Below, in pieces: positions 60,386-64,000 of a DNA stretch of 64,000 bases. The stretch comes from Bacteroidales bacterium (GTDB lineage: Bacteria; Bacteroidota; Bacteroidia; Bacteroidales; UBA12077): positions 2,353 through 66,352 of the forward strand of contig JBFXEQ010000010.1 in assembly GCA_050179935.1 (NCBI GenBank), given 5' to 3'. The notes under the pieces were generated by a model. That model did no database searches. It was not told the DNA's origin and was given only the letters and a program-made list of their open reading frames with translations. A program made the position numbers and the translations under genes. The stretch's first letter is position 1. Every line of letters starts with the position of its first letter.

Positions 60386-60940
60386 ATGTCACGAATAGGA
60401 ATATTACCGATAGATTTGCCAAAAGGCGTGAGTGTGACTATTAGCGATAAAAACGAGGTTAAAGTAAAAGGACCAAAAGGTGAAATATCGCAAATAGTTC
60501 ATCAAGATATTAAAGTTGAGATTAAAGAAAACCAAATCCTGGTTAGCCGACCAAGCGAAGAAAAAGCGCATAAAGCAATGCATGGATTGTACAGATCTTT
60601 AATCCATAACATGGTGGTTGGTGTTTCAGATGGATTTACATTACAACAAGAATTAGTTGGTGTTGGTTATAGGGCTGAAGCAAAAGGACAAGTTTTGGAA
60701 ATGAGTTTAGGTTACTCACATGATATTCATTTTCTTATTCCAAATGAAGTAAAGGTAGAAACCAAAACCGAAAGAAGAAGCAATCCTATTATTACCTTAA
60801 CAAGTGTTGATAAACAACTCATTGGTCAGGTAGCTGCTAAAATTCGTTCTTTAAGAAAACCAGAACCATATAAAGGTAAAGGTATTAAATTTGTAGGCGA
60901 AGAATTACGCAGAAAAGCCGGTAAATCTGCTAGTGTATAA
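60386..60940 (+). CDS. rplF: 50S ribosomal protein L6
   Basis: [20 protein letters not shown]. Confidence 0.99.
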   Translation: MSRIGILPIDLPKGVSVTISDKNEVKVKGPKGEISQIVHQDIKVEIKENQILVSRPSEEKAHKAMHGLYRSLIHNMVVGVSDGFTLQQELVGVGYRAEAKGQVLEMSLGYSHDIHFLIPNEVKVETKTERRSNPIITLTSVDKQLIGQVAAKIRSLRKPEPYKGKGIKFVGEELRRKAGKSASV

Positions 60941-60960
60941 CATATTTAAAAAATATAGTC

Positions 60961-61320
60961 ATGGCTTTAACTAAGCAAGAGAGAAGAATTAGAATAAAAA
61001 GGCGAATTAGAAAGCAGGTAAAAGGTACTGCTACAAAGCCAAGAATGTCTGTTTTTAGAAGTAACAAACAGATATATGTTCAATTTATTGATGATTTAGA
61101 AGGAAAAACACTCCTTTCAGTTTGCTCTAGAAATAAAGATGTTGCTGAAAAAGGAAATATGCCTAAAATTGAACAAGCGAAACTTGTAGGTCAATTAGCA
61201 TCAAAAAAAGCTTTGGAACAAGGTATTACCGAAGTAATTTTCGATAGAAATGGTGCTTTATATCATGGTAGAGTTAAATCATTAGCAGAAGCTGCCAGAG
61301 AAGGTGGACTTAAATTTTAA
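60961..61320 (+). CDS. rplR: 50S ribosomal protein L18
   Basis: [20 protein letters not shown]. Confidence 0.99.
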   Translation: MALTKQERRIRIKRRIRKQVKGTATKPRMSVFRSNKQIYVQFIDDLEGKTLLSVCSRNKDVAEKGNMPKIEQAKLVGQLASKKALEQGITEVIFDRNGALYHGRVKSLAEAAREGGLKF

Positions 61321-61332
61321 GAATAGAGAATT

Positions 61333-61848
61333 ATGTCAACAAGTATAAGAAAAGTAAAAACCAGCGATTTAGAACTAAAAGATAAACTTGTTAGTATTCA
61401 GCGAGTAACTAAAGTAACCAAAGGGGGTCGTAATTTTGGATTTACAGCTATCGTTGTTGTTGGTAACGAGGATGGTATTGTTGGTTATGGTTTAGGAAAA
61501 GCAAAAGAAGTTACTACAGCTATAGCAAAAGGAGTTGAAGCAGCCAAGAAAAATTTGGTTAAAGTACCTATCTATAAAGGAACAATTCCTCACGAACAAG
61601 TATCACGATTTGGTGGCGCCGAAGTTTTCTTAAAACCCGCTTCACATGGTACCGGTGTAAAAGCCGGTGGTGCTATGCGTGCAGTTCTAGAGAGCGTTGG
61701 TGTTACAGATGTGTTAGCTAAGTCAAAAGGTTCAAGTAACCCTCATAACTTGGTTAAAGCAACTATCGAAGCTTTGCTTCAGTTAAGAGATCCTAGATCT
61801 ATAGCTGATCAGCGCGGTGTAACAATGGATAAAGTATTTAACGGATAA
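61333..61848 (+). CDS. rpsE: 30S ribosomal protein S5
   Basis: [25 protein letters not shown]. Confidence 0.99.
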   Translation: MSTSIRKVKTSDLELKDKLVSIQRVTKVTKGGRNFGFTAIVVVGNEDGIVGYGLGKAKEVTTAIAKGVEAAKKNLVKVPIYKGTIPHEQVSRFGGAEVFLKPASHGTGVKAGGAMRAVLESVGVTDVLAKSKGSSNPHNLVKATIEALLQLRDPRSIADQRGVTMDKVFNG

Positions 61849-61869
61849 TGACATTAAAATAGAATTTTT

Positions 61870-62049
61870 ATGGCGAAGATAAAAGTTATACAAATTAGAA
61901 GCGAGATTGGATGTACCAAACGCCAAAAAAGAACATTAGAAGCTCTTGGTATTAAAAAAATGCATAATCCCGTTGAATTAGAAGCTACCCCACAAGTAAT
62001 GGGAATGATTACGAAAGTAAATCATTTAGTTAAAGTTGAAGATAAATAA
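61870..62049 (+). CDS. rpmD: 50S ribosomal protein L30 (below the ORF-track cutoff)
   Basis: Translated by hand: MAKIKVIQIRSEIGCTKRQKRTLEALGIKKMHNPVELEATPQVMGMITKVNHLVKVEDK* (59 aa), between rpsE and rplO. Confidence 0.97.
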   Translation: MAKIKVIQIRSEIGCTKRQKRTLEALGIKKMHNPVELEATPQVMGMITKVNHLVKVEDK

Positions 62050-62075
62050 TAACGATTTAAAGAATTTATATAGAT

Positions 62076-62522
62076 ATGGATTTAAGTAACTTAAAACCAG
62101 CTGAAAAATCGGTTAAAAAAAGTAAACGCGTTGGCCGTGGTCAAGGTTCCGGTAAAGGTGGTACATCTACAAGAGGACACAAAGGTGCAAAACAACGTTC
62201 AGGTTACAAAAAGAAAATTGGTTTTGAAGGCGGACAAATGCCTTTACAGAGACGTTTACCTAAATTTGGTTTTACAAACGTTTCTAGAAAGGAATTTAAG
62301 GCAATTAACATTGATACCTTAGAAAAATTAGCAGAAAAAAAAGGACTAACCACAATTGATATTGATGTTTTAATTGAAGCTGGACTTATTAAAAAGAATA
62401 GTTTAGTTAAAATACTTGGCAATGGCACATTAACCAAAAAACTTGAAGTTAAAGCTCATGCTTTCTCTAAAACAGCCATTACCGCTATCGAATCAGTTCA
62501 AGGAACCGTTGTAAAATTATAA
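62076..62522 (+). CDS. rplO: 50S ribosomal protein L15
   Basis: RVGRGQGSGKG, GFEGGQMPL, KILGNG. Confidence 0.99.
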   Translation: MDLSNLKPAEKSVKKSKRVGRGQGSGKGGTSTRGHKGAKQRSGYKKKIGFEGGQMPLQRRLPKFGFTNVSRKEFKAINIDTLEKLAEKKGLTTIDIDVLIEAGLIKKNSLVKILGNGTLTKKLEVKAHAFSKTAITAIESVQGTVVKL

Positions 62523-62526
62523 TTGA

Positions 62527-63867
62527 ATGAGAGCTCTAATACAGACCATTAAGAATATAGCAAAAATCGAAGACCTTCGTTATCGAATTTTATATACGCT
62601 ATTAATACTTTTAATTTATCGTTTAGGTAGTTTTATTGTACTACCTGGAATCGACCCAAGTCAGCTTACTGCATTAAAAAACCAAACAGCTGATGGCGTA
62701 TTAGGTCTACTGAATATGTTTTCCGGAGGAGCATTTTCTAATGCATCAATTTTTGCTTTGGGGATTATGCCATATATTTCAGCATCTATTGTTATTCAAT
62801 TACTTGGAATAGCAATTCCTTATTTTCAGCGGTTACAACGCGAAGGTGAAAGTGGAAGACGTAAGATAAATCAATTAACAAGATATTTAACTGTTGCAAT
62901 TTTATTGTTGCAAGCACCAGCTTACTTGAAAAACTTACAAGTACAATTACCAGCATCAGCATTTGTATTTCAAGGTACATTCTTCTGGTTCTCATCTGTA
63001 GTAATTTTAACATCAGGCACTATGTTTGTTATGTGGCTGGGTGAAAGAATTACTGACAAAGGAATTGGAAATGGTATTTCATTAATTATTATGATTGGTA
63101 TTATTGCACGATTACCGTTTTCATTATTTGCTGAATTCGCAAACAGATTAGAAACTCAAGGAGGTGGTTTAGTTGCATTCTTAATAGAAATGGTGATTTT
63201 GTTCTTTGTATTTATTTTTACCATATTATTAGTTCAGGGCACAAGAAAAATTCCAGTACAATATGCAAAACGTATTGTTGGTAATAAGCAATATGGTGGT
63301 GTTCGCCAATACATACCTGTAAAGGTAAACTCTGCTGGCGTTATGCCTATTATCTTTGCTCAAGCATTAATGTTTGTACCATTAACTCTTGCAGGATTTT
63401 CAAACTCTGAAACAATGACAGGATTTGCGGCAGCATTTTCTAATATTACAGGTTTCTGGTACAATTTAACATTTGCATTATTAATTATTATTTTCACCTA
63501 CTTTTATACTGCTATTACAATCAATCCATCGCAAATGGCAGAAGATATGAAAAAGAATGGTGGATTTATACCAGGAGTTAAACCTGGAAGAAAAACAGTT
63601 GAGTTTTTAGATACGATAATGTCAAGAATTACCTTGCCCGGATCTATTTTCTTAGCAATAATTGCAATACTTCCAGCATTTGCTCAGATGTCAGGCATGG
63701 ATAGCCAATGGGCACAATTTTATGGTGGAACATCCTTATTGATTTTAGTTGGTGTAGTTTTAGATACATTACAACAAATAGAAAGTCACCTATTAATGAG
63801 ACATTATGATGGATTAATGAAATCAGGTCGAATAAAAGGTAGAACCGGCAGTGTGTCCGGAATGTAA
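62527..63867 (+). CDS. secY: Preprotein translocase subunit SecY
   Basis: SIFALGIMPYISASI, GIGNGISLII, GVMPIIFA, GGTSLLI. Confidence 0.99.
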   Translation: MRALIQTIKNIAKIEDLRYRILYTLLILLIYRLGSFIVLPGIDPSQLTALKNQTADGVLGLLNMFSGGAFSNASIFALGIMPYISASIVIQLLGIAIPYFQRLQREGESGRRKINQLTRYLTVAILLLQAPAYLKNLQVQLPASAFVFQGTFFWFSSVVILTSGTMFVMWLGERITDKGIGNGISLIIMIGIIARLPFSLFAEFANRLETQGGGLVAFLIEMVILFFVFIFTILLVQGTRKIPVQYAKRIVGNKQYGGVRQYIPVKVNSAGVMPIIFAQALMFVPLTLAGFSNSETMTGFAAAFSNITGFWYNLTFALLIIIFTYFYTAITINPSQMAEDMKKNGGFIPGVKPGRKTVEFLDTIMSRITLPGSIFLAIIAILPAFAQMSGMDSQWAQFYGGTSLLILVGVVLDTLQQIESHLLMRHYDGLMKSGRIKGRTGSVSGM

Positions 63868-63887
63868 TTAAAAATTAACGTTCTTTG

Positions 63888-64000
63888 ATGCTAATTTATA
63901 AAACAGACGAGGAGATAGAGATTCTAAGAAGAAATAACCTTCTTGTTTCAAAAACTCTTGCTGAGGTAGCAAAATTAATAGAACCAGGAGTAACTACTCT
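63888..64000 (+). CDS. map: Methionine aminopeptidase (3'-truncated by the window edge)
   Basis: MLIYKTDEEIEILRRNNLLVSKTLAEVAKLIEPGVTT..., in the usual position after secY. Confidence 0.88.
   Translation, partial: MLIYKTDEEIEILRRNNLLVSKTLAEVAKLIEPGVTT

Noticed and set aside
1682-63013. Many 60-130 aa ORF-track entries antisense to or out of frame within long genes (e.g. 2281..2643, 7145..7414, 7739..8131, 11801..12163, 21072..21392, 51111..51512, 58128..58415)
   Set aside because: They overlap well-supported genes and show no recognisable motifs; treated as shadow ORFs.

Overview
AT-rich chromosomal window from an anaerobic Bacteroidota, probably Bacteroidales-like. The evidence is T9SS C-terminal domains, TAnnTTTG promoters, MurA with Asp at the catalytic Cys position, an EF-G2 paralog, and an str/S10/spc cluster lacking tuf. 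About 39.6-64 kb is housekeeping: dnaJ-grpE, murA, uvrD/pcrA, fusA2, the ribosomal protein superoperon, secY and a partial map. The most notable part is a roughly 20-kb redox/sulfur island (9.5-30 kb) with two operons. One is a TetR-led operon for an Mrp-Mbx/MBS-type membrane complex with a fused double antiporter subunit, altered cysteine motifs, a NuoI-GltD fusion and a DHOD-like flavoprotein. The other, divergent from a Crp/Fnr regulator gene, is DsrE-TusA-MvhD-HdrA-HdrA-wHTH-QmoC-like, with no HdrB, AprAB or hydrogenase in the window. Three Fnr-type boxes span the island. The window also has two T9SS-secreted nucleases, three families of REP-like palindromes and a 46-bp IS3-like mini-element inside a terminator loop. 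All calls come from reading motifs by eye; no database searches were run.
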